A DNA stretch of 60,947 nt from a virus (lineage: Duplodnaviria; Caudoviricetes): IMG/VR virus record IMGVR_UViG_3300028908_000010, positions 1 through 60,947 of that record; one strand, given 5' to 3'. Position numbers and translations under genes: made by a program. Each line of letters opens with the position of its first letter. Positions within the stretch are counted from its first letter, which is position 1. Shown one piece after another: positions 9,129-17,027 of this stretch. The notes beneath the pieces are model-generated. The model had not been told where the DNA came from, did not search any database, and saw nothing but the letters and a program-made list of their open reading frames with translations.

Positions 9129-9512
9129 TTAGAGAATAACCATTACCTCTTCGTCTTTGGGTTTTTTTGCTATTGCCTCTTCATTTTTCTTCTTGACCTC
9201 CTTTAGCTTCTGGAATATCTCGTTTTCAAGTTCTATAACCTTAACTCTTAGGGCATCCCAGTCCTTAGACGATGCTACCGTCTCAGTTCTGAACCTCCAT
9301 TTTTTATTGTCATTTAAAAATCCCCAGTCCCAATTTAACCGCTCCCCCAACAATCTTGTATTAAAATCTTTAACTTCTGCTTTAAGTCCTTTTTCTTTTA
9401 CATTGTCTCTGTCCTCCGTCGGCAAGTAAACAGTAACTTTGCACCTGTAAGGTGCTACATGTTCATTGTTAAACACATATTCCCTCTTAATCTTAACTCT
9501 TAATCCTTCCAT
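9129..9512 (-). CDS. Early hypothetical protein
   Basis: AAGGAGG SD. Confidence 0.75.
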   Translation of the reverse strand: MEGLRVKIKREYVFNNEHVAPYRCKVTVYLPTEDRDNVKEKGLKAEVKDFNTRLLGERLNWDWGFLNDNKKWRFRTETVASSKDWDALRVKVIELENEIFQKLKEVKKKNEEAIAKKPKDEEVMVIL

Positions 9513-9538
9513 AACAAACCTCCTTAAAGTTTTTTTAA

Positions 9539-9568
9539 ATCATAAAATTTTCTGGAAATAAAAATCAA
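9539..9568 (-). promoter_or_regulatory. Early promoter
   Basis: TTGATT-18-TATGAT. Confidence 0.55.
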
Positions 9569-9600
9569 ATTGGCTGTTCAGGTGGTAGAGGGCATAAAAT

Positions 9601-9801
9601 CTATTTTTTATATGCTAATTCTTCGTCTGTTACTTCTTTTCCACATTTGGCACAAAAATATACGGTTTCCTCTTCGAGAAATTGGATAACATCGTCATAG
9701 GTATGATCTCCTGCGTCCCAAATGTGGAGCAGAGCCTCTGACCTCTCTTTTCTTATAAAAACGTCATGTCCACAAAAAGGGCAACATAGCTGTCTGTTCA
9801 T
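9601..9801 (-). CDS. Zn-ribbon protein
   Basis: CPFC...CAKC. Confidence 0.7.
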   Translation of the reverse strand: MNRQLCCPFCGHDVFIRKERSEALLHIWDAGDHTYDDVIQFLEEETVYFCAKCGKEVTDEELAYKK

Positions 9802-9995
9802 TTCTTTCCTCCTTTTTCCTCTGCCTTGTTAGAATAGGACAAAGCTGTCTCAAGATTATTTATGGTAATTTTGACCCACTCTGGAACAGAAGGTTTAAAG
9901 ACTTTCCAGAGGAGTCTTAAAGCCATATGATCACTCAAATATACGTAAGTTCCCTTGTGGTTATAGTAAATATGAAGTTTCACTATTTCTGCCAT
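9798..9995 (-). CDS. Early hypothetical protein
   Basis: AGGAGGTG SD before ATG 9995. Confidence 0.65.
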   Translation of the reverse strand: MAEIVKLHIYYNHKGTYVYLSDHMALRLLWKVFKPSVPEWVKITINNLETALSYSNKAEEKGGKK

Positions 9996-10052
9996 AATAC
10001 ACCTCCTTTTAATCATTTTTAACTGCCCCACCCGTATAGAGCAGGGCAAAAA

Positions 10053-10066
10053 TGAAAACGTTTTCA
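10053..10066. promoter_or_regulatory. Dispersed palindrome TGAAAACGTTTTCA
   Basis: Exact copy, intergenic, next to a GC hairpin. Confidence 0.85.
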
Positions 10067-10102
10067 GATATTTTACATAAATATCCTAATAATTCCAAAT
10101 AG

Positions 10103-11074
10103 TTAGTCCACCCTGTAATTACTTGTGGCACTAACTATTTCATTGTTTCTTACTGGAGTATAAATTCCTTCAAGTTTAACGGGAGTATGCTCCCGTGCTC
10201 CATGCCTTACAAGTCCCGTGCAGTAAATTTTTCCATCTTTAATAGCAATTCTGCACTTATGAGGATTTTGTCCTCTTAATCTTGGCAGAGACTTAACTCT
10301 AAAATCTTTATCTCTTAAACCGATTTCTTTTGGACTATCTGCTACCTTGATGAAAAACCATTCACCTTGTCTCAATACTTCTTTCCCTTCTGCCATAGCC
10401 TTAACTACAGTTTTTGGTTTGAGAACCTCGAATGCTTCCTCTACCGTGTTAGTAGGCTCGGGTAAGGCACAAGCGAAGTAACTCTGATCGTCGAACCCAG
10501 CCAGAATGTGGAGTCCATGATAAGATAACAAAACCGTCTCTGCTGTGTGGGCATATACTCGCTTATCCCCATTTTTAAATGTAAAGACTCGCACTTCACT
10601 GTATTTAGTTCTGAGATATCTAACGTATCGTTCAAACTCCTCTGTAGTAAACTCCTTTGGGTTGTCGGGGTCAATTGGGGGATATTCCTTATACTGTTCA
10701 CCTATAAGTCGGTATTCTTCTCCAAGCTCTTTGGCTTTTGTTTTATCGATAACTACAAGCTCTTTCAGTCTCGATTCCGTGCCAAGATAGTCGCCGAGAG
10801 CAAACATAGCTATAATGTTAAGAACTGCACTGTAAGAAACAGTCACTGCATTTACAGCCAATCTCTGCACTAAATACCTATGTCGATTAGACGTAGGGGA
10901 ATACTGATCCCCATTTATCAAAATTGTATCCTCAATCCTTATGGCAAGGATTTCGTTATAAGTCTTCAAAATATTGCCTATTGCATGAAGACTTCCTTGC
11001 CTATTTCTTGCTTGTTCATTACCCTCCAGCCAAGCTCTTATCACATCCTCATTTGTGTTAAATACTGTCCTCAT
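10103..11074 (-). CDS. Two-domain early phage protein (YSPTS.RH N-domain; RQGEWFF...H..EH C-domain)
   Basis: Motifs typical of phage early proteins; SD before ATG 11074. Confidence 0.8.
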   Translation of the reverse strand: MRTVFNTNEDVIRAWLEGNEQARNRQGSLHAIGNILKTYNEILAIRIEDTILINGDQYSPTSNRHRYLVQRLAVNAVTVSYSAVLNIIAMFALGDYLGTESRLKELVVIDKTKAKELGEEYRLIGEQYKEYPPIDPDNPKEFTTEEFERYVRYLRTKYSEVRVFTFKNGDKRVYAHTAETVLLSYHGLHILAGFDDQSYFACALPEPTNTVEEAFEVLKPKTVVKAMAEGKEVLRQGEWFFIKVADSPKEIGLRDKDFRVKSLPRLRGQNPHKCRIAIKDGKIYCTGLVRHGAREHTPVKLEGIYTPVRNNEIVSATSNYRVD

Positions 11075-11105
11075 ATCTAAATCCTCCTTTCTTGATTTTT
11101 TGACA

Positions 11106-11134
11106 ATTCTATCATGCAAAAATTTTATTTGCAA
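11106..11134 (-). promoter_or_regulatory. Early promoter
   Basis: TTGCAA-17-TAGAAT with extended TG. Confidence 0.7.
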
Positions 11135-11328
11135 ATCAGATCTTTAACACGTAACCCTTTGGCTACCTTCTTAAATCGCTTCCAGCCAGCCTCCGAGAAT
11201 GGGTATGACATATAGAGAGTTTGCCTATCTTCTAATTGTATGGAGAATAATTTTCTAATCTTTCCTCCCACTATCTTTTTCTCCATGTCCTCCTCATGGA
11301 GATTTAAGAAATCCTCCTTTCTTAACAT
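11125..11328 (-). CDS. Hypothetical protein
   Basis: GGAGGT SD. Confidence 0.65.
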   Translation of the reverse strand: MLRKEDFLNLHEEDMEKKIVGGKIRKLFSIQLEDRQTLYMSYPFSEAGWKRFKKVAKGLRVKDLICK

Positions 11329-11503
11329 GGTTTACCTCCTCTAATAGAAGAAGTTTAAATCCACACTTAACACAAGTGTGGTCTATCATTTGAGGATACC
11401 CACATATTGGACATCCTCCAATACTTTTGTAATTCCCACATTTGGGGCACAAATACCCCTCTTTCGTCCTAATCATAGATATATTACAATCAACACAAAT
11501 CAT
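11294..11503 (-). CDS. Double Zn-ribbon protein
   Basis: Four CxxC pairs. Confidence 0.7.
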   Translation of the reverse strand: MICVDCNISMIRTKEGYLCPKCGNYKSIGGCPICGYPQMIDHTCVKCGFKLLLLEEVNHVKKGGFLKSP

Positions 11504-11514
11504 ATTCCTCCCTC

Positions 11515-11874
11515 CTATGCTATTGTAAAAAATCTAAATTTTGCTTTCTTGACCTCTTCGTCTGTAAACTCCCTTGTCTCGTCTGGCCTAAATTGTGGAA
11601 TGATTGCAAATACCCAATCTCCGTCTCCCATTTCAATCTTAACCCTATTGAAAATGTTTTCAGGCATAGCCTTAGATATGAAATCTGGCATCCTTCGTCT
11701 AATAATATTAGCCGTATTCTTATGTCCGATGGCAGGGACAATCTCATTATTTGTAGTATTAACGTTGAACATCTCCGCCCAGAACACGGCCTCATCTACC
11801 TCCTGAACTACCACCACTGAGTCCCCTCTCATCATAGATGGGGAAAATGTTGTTGTGATAAAAATTTTGGCCAT
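11515..11874 (-). CDS. acrIII-1: AcrIII-1 / DUF1874 (STIV B116-like) cA4 ring nuclease, anti-type III CRISPR
   Basis: FSPSM, AIGHxxTA, NR, GD, R and EE motifs in family order; 119 aa. Confidence 0.8.
   Translation of the reverse strand: MAKIFITTTFSPSMMRGDSVVVVQEVDEAVFWAEMFNVNTTNNEIVPAIGHKNTANIIRRRMPDFISKAMPENIFNRVKIEMGDGDWVFAIIPQFRPDETREFTDEEVKKAKFRFFTIA
11649..11662. promoter_or_regulatory. Palindrome variant TGAAAATGTTTTCA
   Basis: One mismatch, inside the acrIII-1 gene. Confidence 0.6.
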
Positions 11875-11876
11875 AA

Positions 11877-12623
11877 TTACACCTCCTTTTTTGTTCTAAA
11901 GATTTTTATGCCATTTTCCAAGCAAATTATTAGATAGTCCACCAGTAAAAGGTCAAATCTAAAATAGTCCTTGAAATGAACAGTAAGATCTGTCCATTCA
12001 AGAGCTTTTTGACCTTTTACACAGAACCCATCTTTCCAAACTGTATAGCCAGACTTTGCACCATTTACAAGGTCGCTTAGGCATAAAATAGGTTTGCAAA
12101 TTCTAATTCCATTTACTACACACCCCCACCCAGCAGGACGAAATCTAATCGTCTGTTTTCCTACATGGGTTACATGAGGATCATAGTAAAGTCTGGCTTC
12201 ATAGGCAAAGTTAGGATGGAATTGTTCACGCAGAGCTTCGAGCTTGTCATATTTATCTCCCATTACAGCTCCATCAATAAAAGAACCTAACCTATCAAAT
12301 TCGGCAGGATTAGCAGGATTACCTTTTTCAGTGCATTTTATAATACCAATGGAGGGTAAAGAGTTTATTTTTCCATCTACATCAATAAAGTCAGGTTTTG
12401 GTCTATCTGGAGGCTCAATTTCGAGCTTAGATAATGCTATATCTGTAACAAGCCAATTAAGCCAATAGGATCTCTTCAAACTGGCACTACTTCTGCCATT
12501 TGGGGGTATAACACTGTATTTCGTAACTTTATACCCTAATGACTTAGCAAGTGAGGCAAATTTTTGTGGGTCTTTATAATTTTTGGTTATTTCTTGTAAA
12601 ATCTCTATTTCTTGCATGATCAC
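11877..12623 (-). CDS. Early hypothetical protein, 248 aa
   Basis: Coupled ORF with SD. Confidence 0.75.
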   Translation of the reverse strand: MIMQEIEILQEITKNYKDPQKFASLAKSLGYKVTKYSVIPPNGRSSASLKRSYWLNWLVTDIALSKLEIEPPDRPKPDFIDVDGKINSLPSIGIIKCTEKGNPANPAEFDRLGSFIDGAVMGDKYDKLEALREQFHPNFAYEARLYYDPHVTHVGKQTIRFRPAGWGCVVNGIRICKPILCLSDLVNGAKSGYTVWKDGFCVKGQKALEWTDLTVHFKDYFRFDLLLVDYLIICLENGIKIFRTKKEV

Positions 12624-12940
12624 ACCTCCTTTGAAGATTTTTTAGTGTAATACCTACATATAGCTTTTAAAGCACACACCAACCCAGCTTGGGAGAATTG
12701 ATCCCCCCTTTTTGTAAATATGCTGATAACATATTCCCTGTTATACCAGTAAACACTTACTGCCCACATATCCCAGAAGTATAGGGGGATAGTATTAAGA
12801 TGTTTATCCCCCTTTCGCAAAGCATTTCTCACTTTCTCAATTGTTTTCTCATCTGGCTTAATTCCTATTTCTTTGGCTATTTCCAAATAATACTCATCAT
12901 GGGATACTTCACCGTTTAAATACTGTTTCCTTGTAAACAT
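12620..12940 (-). CDS. Conserved-type phage protein (TRKQYL..HDEYY...HLNTIPL..WD)
   Basis: SD, motif. Confidence 0.75.
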   Translation of the reverse strand: MFTRKQYLNGEVSHDEYYLEIAKEIGIKPDEKTIEKVRNALRKGDKHLNTIPLYFWDMWAVSVYWYNREYVISIFTKRGDQFSQAGLVCALKAICRYYTKKSSKEV

Positions 12941-12942
12941 GA

Positions 12943-13293
12943 CTACACCTCCTTGTCTAAATCTAAAACAAACTTTACTTCTTCTTTGACGTGGCTAATA
13001 TGTATCCAGTCTTCCTGCCACCATGACTTACTGCCATGACTCCAATCCTTATTCCAGAACGAGTAGATGAACCCACATTCAATAACCGTTCCATTTTTCC
13101 CCTCCAAGTAAATTCTGTTATCCTTATGGGGACGTGGGATTTTTCCATACATCTCTTTGAGAAAATCTCTTACCTCATCCAGAGAATTAAATTCCTTTGC
13201 TGTTTGGTCAAACATATACTGTTTGTCAATATCCTGTGGACGAGGACGGGCACAATGGTGAATGTGTAGCTTATAATACTCCCTTGTAAGCAT
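12943..13293 (-). CDS. Early hypothetical protein
   Basis: AGAAAGGAGG SD. Confidence 0.75.
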   Translation of the reverse strand: MLTREYYKLHIHHCARPRPQDIDKQYMFDQTAKEFNSLDEVRDFLKEMYGKIPRPHKDNRIYLEGKNGTVIECGFIYSFWNKDWSHGSKSWWQEDWIHISHVKEEVKFVLDLDKEV

Positions 13294-13326
13294 AACTAAA
13301 TCCTCCTTTCTTTTGATTTTTGCTAA

Positions 13327-13355
13327 ATTTTATTGATCTTCAAAATTTGAGTCAA
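13327..13355 (-). promoter_or_regulatory. Promoter for the early operon, inside the terS 3' end
   Basis: TTGACT-17-TAAAAT. Confidence 0.7.
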
Positions 13356-13812
13356 ATTGGGAGTTAACAGGGTAGGGTTGGTTATCTTCTTGGTTGGATA
13401 AACCTAATACGTTAAAGATAAAAGTTTGAGGAGCAGATTGTTCGTGGAGAAATCCGCCCATCTTTGCCAAAGTATTTAATGCACTTACTTTTACATTATC
13501 ACTTGTATCTTTACTTTCTACAAGTGACTTTAGTTTTAAAACAATGTAGTTTCTGTCAATTTCACCAAGCTGGGCAATTCTCTTTTGCAAATATTCAATA
13601 TATCTTTTTACAATTGGATCTCTTAGAAGGGACATTGCTTTTTGCTGAGCATATTTTTTGGGATACCCAGCTTTTACAGCACTTCTGTAAGGTCTCCTTT
13701 CTTTGGCATAGTAGTGGCAGAATTTCCTTATTCTCGTGGAGAGTTGGTCGAAACCATCCAGCTCTTCATCAGTGAACTCCTTTGGTTCTGGCAAATAATA
13801 TTCGGAATCCAT
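13330..13812 (-). CDS. terS: Terminase small subunit (Terminase_2-like)
   Basis: FCHYY...SAVKAGY...A.SLLRDP.V..YI...KVSALNTLAK. Confidence 0.85.
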   Translation of the reverse strand: MDSEYYLPEPKEFTDEELDGFDQLSTRIRKFCHYYAKERRPYRSAVKAGYPKKYAQQKAMSLLRDPIVKRYIEYLQKRIAQLGEIDRNYIVLKLKSLVESKDTSDNVKVSALNTLAKMGGFLHEQSAPQTFIFNVLGLSNQEDNQPYPVNSQFDSNFEDQ

Positions 13813-13818
13813 GTTTTC

Positions 13819-13847
13819 AATTTAGCAAAAAATGAAAATATTTTCAA
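13819..13847 (-). promoter_or_regulatory. Leaderless promoter of terS overlapped by palindrome variant TGAAAATATTTTCA (13833-13846)
   Basis: TTGAAA-17-TAAATT with extended TG, 6 nt before ATG, no SD. Confidence 0.6.
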
Positions 13848-13904
13848 ATTAAAAACTTTTATTAAATGAAATCAATATTTTAGGCAATAAATGAAAATTT
13901 TTAC

Positions 13905-13933
13905 TTGACAAAAATAGCAATAAGAATTATCTT
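13905..13933 (+). promoter_or_regulatory. sigma70-type promoter
   Basis: TTGACA-17-TATCTT. Confidence 0.75.
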
Positions 13934-13961
13934 GAGAAAAAACGAAAGGAGGATCAGAAAA

Positions 13962-14279
13962 ATGAAAAAATTAATTGATCAATTTGGAGAGCTTGACGAA
14001 CAAATCAAGGAACTTACAAAAAAGAAGAATAAAATTAAGAAAAAACTTGAAAAACTTGACCCTGGCAAGCATTTAGGGGATAAGCATTATATTATCCTCT
14101 CTGAAGAAGAAAAAGTAGAATATGATGTTATAAAAGTAGCCCATGCTCTAAAGAAGGAAACTCTCAAAGTCGTTAAGGTGATTGGAACTGAACTCAAGAA
14201 GTATATTCCTAAAACAAAGCTGGGGCAATACATTAAAAGTAGGACTACTTATAAGAAGATAAGGGTGGGGAGGATATAA
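13962..14279 (+). CDS. Basic coiled-coil phage protein
   Basis: GAAAGGAGG SD before ATG 13962. Confidence 0.75.
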   Translation: MKKLIDQFGELDEQIKELTKKKNKIKKKLEKLDPGKHLGDKHYIILSEEEKVEYDVIKVAHALKKETLKVVKVIGTELKKYIPKTKLGQYIKSRTTYKKIRVGRI

Positions 14280-14281
14280 CC

Positions 14282-14434
14282 ATGAAGTTAAACAAAGCCA
14301 AATTCTGTTACAATTGTGATGAAATTTTTACGGAAGATACCTGTCCGTCGTGTGGTAGGGATGATAACTGGATATGGCTATCAAACTGGATAACTACTTT
14401 AACAACTAATTCATCAAAAGAAAAGGAGGTATAA
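14282..14434 (+). CDS. Small Zn-ribbon protein (not in ORF track)
   Basis: MKLNKAKFCYNCDEIFTEDTCPSCG...KEV, GGAGG SD. Confidence 0.7.
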   Translation: MKLNKAKFCYNCDEIFTEDTCPSCGRDDNWIWLSNWITTLTTNSSKEKEV

Positions 14435-14436
14435 TC

Positions 14437-15042
14437 GTGGCAAAGAAGAAAAAAATAGAAACAAAGAAAACAGTCAAAATCAATGTAAGGGAGGAAATAA
14501 AACGCCTTCTCTATGAGATAGACGAAAAGAGATATGATCTCTATCTCAAAATCCACGAGGTAAAAAGAGACCAAAAGTATATAGAATGGGGATTTGATAA
14601 TTTTAAGGAATGGATAGAAAAAGACCTTAATCTTGAGTATAGAATTGGTCTGTGGTATGCCCAAATGGGGGAAACCATAGACAAATTCAATATTCCCAAG
14701 AGTGTTGTATTATCTGTCTCTTGGACTAAGTTCAAGGAAATTGCACAATTGGACAATTGGGAGCAGATAGAGCCTCTCCTAAAGAAAGCCACTGGTATGA
14801 CTTTTAAAGAAATTCAGGCAGAAGTAAAACAAATAAAAAGAAACATTGCTTCCAAGGAAGCTACTCTTACAACTCTTACTCTCAAATTAAAGGAAGACCA
14901 ATATGATATAGTAATGCAAGCTATAGAAAGAGCAAAAGAAGAGACTGGAACAGAGAGCATTGGGTCTGCTATTGAGTATATATGCCAAGAATACCTCATA
15001 GGAGGAGCAGAAAGTGACATCTTCAACTTTGAAGAAGAATAA
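14437..15042 (+). CDS. Putative DNA-binding protein (PF49/DUF3102-like helical domain plus RHH-like C-terminus)
   Basis: KYIEWGFDNFKEWIEKDL...WY pattern; C-terminal strand-helix-helix TLTLKL...IVMQAIERAK...SAIEYICQEYL. Confidence 0.55.
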   Translation: MAKKKKIETKKTVKINVREEIKRLLYEIDEKRYDLYLKIHEVKRDQKYIEWGFDNFKEWIEKDLNLEYRIGLWYAQMGETIDKFNIPKSVVLSVSWTKFKEIAQLDNWEQIEPLLKKATGMTFKEIQAEVKQIKRNIASKEATLTTLTLKLKEDQYDIVMQAIERAKEETGTESIGSAIEYICQEYLIGGAESDIFNFEEE

Positions 15043-15499
15043 TGTAGTTGTTTGTGGGGGAATATATAGCATCAGTGAGCACGAAAGCATCAGGTGGAAT
15101 CTGGGGTATAGTTCCAGATCTCCACATAGGTTAATCGAAGAGTTAAAAAATAAAGTCCCCATCCATCAAGTAGCTATCTTTTATATGCCTAAAGAGTGGT
15201 TACAGCATATTTCCTCTTCAGAGAGACATCCTTATATCAAACTCTATCTATCAAGATTTGAAGTTCCTGAATATACAACCATGGTGGTTCGCATCCTGAG
15301 ACATAAGTTTGGGAAACCTGTAAGAGGAGGGGTAATAACTTTCCAGGCAAATAAGGAAGGAGAATATATAAAAATTAAACATAAAGTCGCAACTGAGTTT
15401 GAAGTGATAAGTAAGACCGTTGGACAGGTGTTAAAGGTAGGGAAAGAAACCAGAGATGTTGAGATAATGAGACAGAAAAGGAGGAAAATATGGTGGTAG
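15014..15499 (+). CDS. Hypothetical protein ending RRKIWW
   Basis: ORF in operon; start uncertain. Confidence 0.7.
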   Translation: MTSSTLKKNNVVVCGGIYSISEHESIRWNLGYSSRSPHRLIEELKNKVPIHQVAIFYMPKEWLQHISSSERHPYIKLYLSRFEVPEYTTMVVRILRHKFGKPVRGGVITFQANKEGEYIKIKHKVATEFEVISKTVGQVLKVGKETRDVEIMRQKRRKIWW

Positions 15500-15927
15500 A
15501 GGTATGGATAGGAGAATATAAGGAAAAGAATTTTCCTATGTATTACTCATGCCAGAATACTTTGTATGCAGGAGAGTCATTTCGAGGGGAAGAATTGATA
15601 TGGGATAAGTATAATTTTATAGAATTCAAATATCTTCCAGCAAAGAAAGTTGATAAGTTTTCCAATGAATACTATAATCTCGAAAAATATGAAGTAACTG
15701 TAAAAGAATACTCCTGTATTATGATAGAATTTACATGGTATTTCCATTGGAAACGCAGTAAGAAAGAGTGGAGCAAAGAACGCTGGGTATTTCATGTAGC
15801 AGAAGAATATGATAGAAAGGAAGTAAAACATAGACTCTTAAAATCTTTCAAGATAATTGGAAATCTTGGCACTATGCTGATGGATGGAGCAGGTAAGGAA
15901 ACATTGAGGGGAAGAGTATGGTGGTAA
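15490..15927 (+). CDS. Hypothetical protein ending RGRVWW
   Basis: Coupled ORF. Confidence 0.7.
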   Translation: MVVEVWIGEYKEKNFPMYYSCQNTLYAGESFRGEELIWDKYNFIEFKYLPAKKVDKFSNEYYNLEKYEVTVKEYSCIMIEFTWYFHWKRSKKEWSKERWVFHVAEEYDRKEVKHRLLKSFKIIGNLGTMLMDGAGKETLRGRVWW

Positions 15928-16433
15928 AATCCAAACTTATAACCTCAATGAATGACTATAGCATAATAAAAGGAAAACTGGAATATTATTTTGAGGAAGT
16001 TAAATCCCGTTTTCTGCGGATAGTAGCTTTAATTGATGATTATGAACTGCCAGAAATGTTAGAGTTACCCAATTCAGTAAATGTTCTTCCGAGAGGATAC
16101 TTCTTATATAAAGGGGAAAGTTTCGGAGGGTATACACATATAATGAAAGGGGGGTTTTGTGAAATACACTATACAAATTTTGAAATGAGGTATCTCCCTT
16201 ATAGGAATTTGACTTTATCTGTATACCAATACCGTAGCTCCAAGGGCAATGAGAGGTTGTTATTACACACTCCACAAATAAGAATAGGAATACGCACTAT
16301 TCCTTCAGCAAGGACTAAAATGAAGTTGAAATATAGTAGAAGTGAACTTCAGGGGGATTTTGCAGTAGTAGATTATATAGATAGCAAAGATTTTTGCTAT
16401 TACCCTTATACAACTAAAAAAATCTGGTGGTAG
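15918..16433 (+). CDS. Hypothetical protein ending TKKIWW
   Basis: Coupled ORF. Confidence 0.7.
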   Translation: MVVKSKLITSMNDYSIIKGKLEYYFEEVKSRFLRIVALIDDYELPEMLELPNSVNVLPRGYFLYKGESFGGYTHIMKGGFCEIHYTNFEMRYLPYRNLTLSVYQYRSSKGNERLLLHTPQIRIGIRTIPSARTKMKLKYSRSELQGDFAVVDYIDSKDFCYYPYTTKKIWW

Positions 16434-16443
16434 GAGGTATGTT

Positions 16444-16704
16444 ATGAGTAGATACATTAGGTTAAAAATGCAGGTTAACAAAGAGAGGTTTTTAAATTGT
16501 GCCCAGAGATTGGGATATTCCACTATAGAAAATCGTGTGACTGGAAATGGGTTGTATAGACCTATTGAGGTGCATGATAATGGGTATTTATCTTATGATG
16601 ACATGAATGTAAAGCAGGTAGCAGAGATCATGGGAGAATACGTAGCTGACACCTATGGAGGGAGGGTAGAAAAGGTAAATGACGAAATATTTGTGTATGT
16701 ATAG
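16444..16704 (+). CDS. DUF1257 (Ycf35)-like protein
   Basis: MS.Y..L...V......C...LGY...YDD...EY...G pattern and context with DUF2997 and Ycf46. Confidence 0.6.
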   Translation: MSRYIRLKMQVNKERFLNCAQRLGYSTIENRVTGNGLYRPIEVHDNGYLSYDDMNVKQVAEIMGEYVADTYGGRVEKVNDEIFVYV

Positions 16705-16713
16705 GAGGAAATT

Positions 16714-17013
16714 ATGGAACAATTAAAATTATTTGAGGAGGTGTGGTATGCCAATAATAAAGATCAAAGTAAACAAAGACGGAACGATCGAGTTGAAGGG
16801 AGAAGGGTTTTATGGGAACGAGTGTCTTCAACCAATGGGAGATCTGGCAAAGGATCTGGGAGTGACATTGGAAGAGAAGCCTCTGGAAGGGGAGGAGATT
16901 GTCCATATATCATCATAAAAGTGGAAGGGGATATTCTCAGGGTAGTTCTTGAGGACTGTCCTGAATGCCCCTTTAAACAATGTAAAAATTGTGAAAAAGG
17001 ACATTGTGGTTAG
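16714..17013 (+). CDS. Possible overlapping ORF (N-terminal QLKLF, Cys-rich C-terminus)
   Basis: Own AGGAGG SD; spans DUF2997 in another frame. Confidence 0.35.
   Translation: MEQLKLFEEVWYANNKDQSKQRRNDRVEGRRVLWERVSSTNGRSGKGSGSDIGREASGRGGDCPYIIIKVEGDILRVVLEDCPECPFKQCKNCEKGHCG
16748..16918 (+). CDS. DUF2997-like protein
   Basis: IKIKVNKDGTIELKGEGFYGNEC...LAKDLG; GAGGAGG SD. Confidence 0.75.
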   Translation: MPIIKIKVNKDGTIELKGEGFYGNECLQPMGDLAKDLGVTLEEKPLEGEEIVHISS

Positions 17014-17027
17014 AAAGGAGGAGAAAA

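Noticed and set aside
13905-13961. N-terminal extensions in the ORF track (also 2161, 7320, 8165, 11134, 18919, 22622, 26087)
   Set aside because: Upstream starts fall in promoters or prior genes; SD-supported downstream starts were preferred
5622-14434. Several proteins ending in KEV
   Set aside because: Explained by AAGGAGGT, the SD of the next gene, overlapping the last codons; the WW tail is not explained this way
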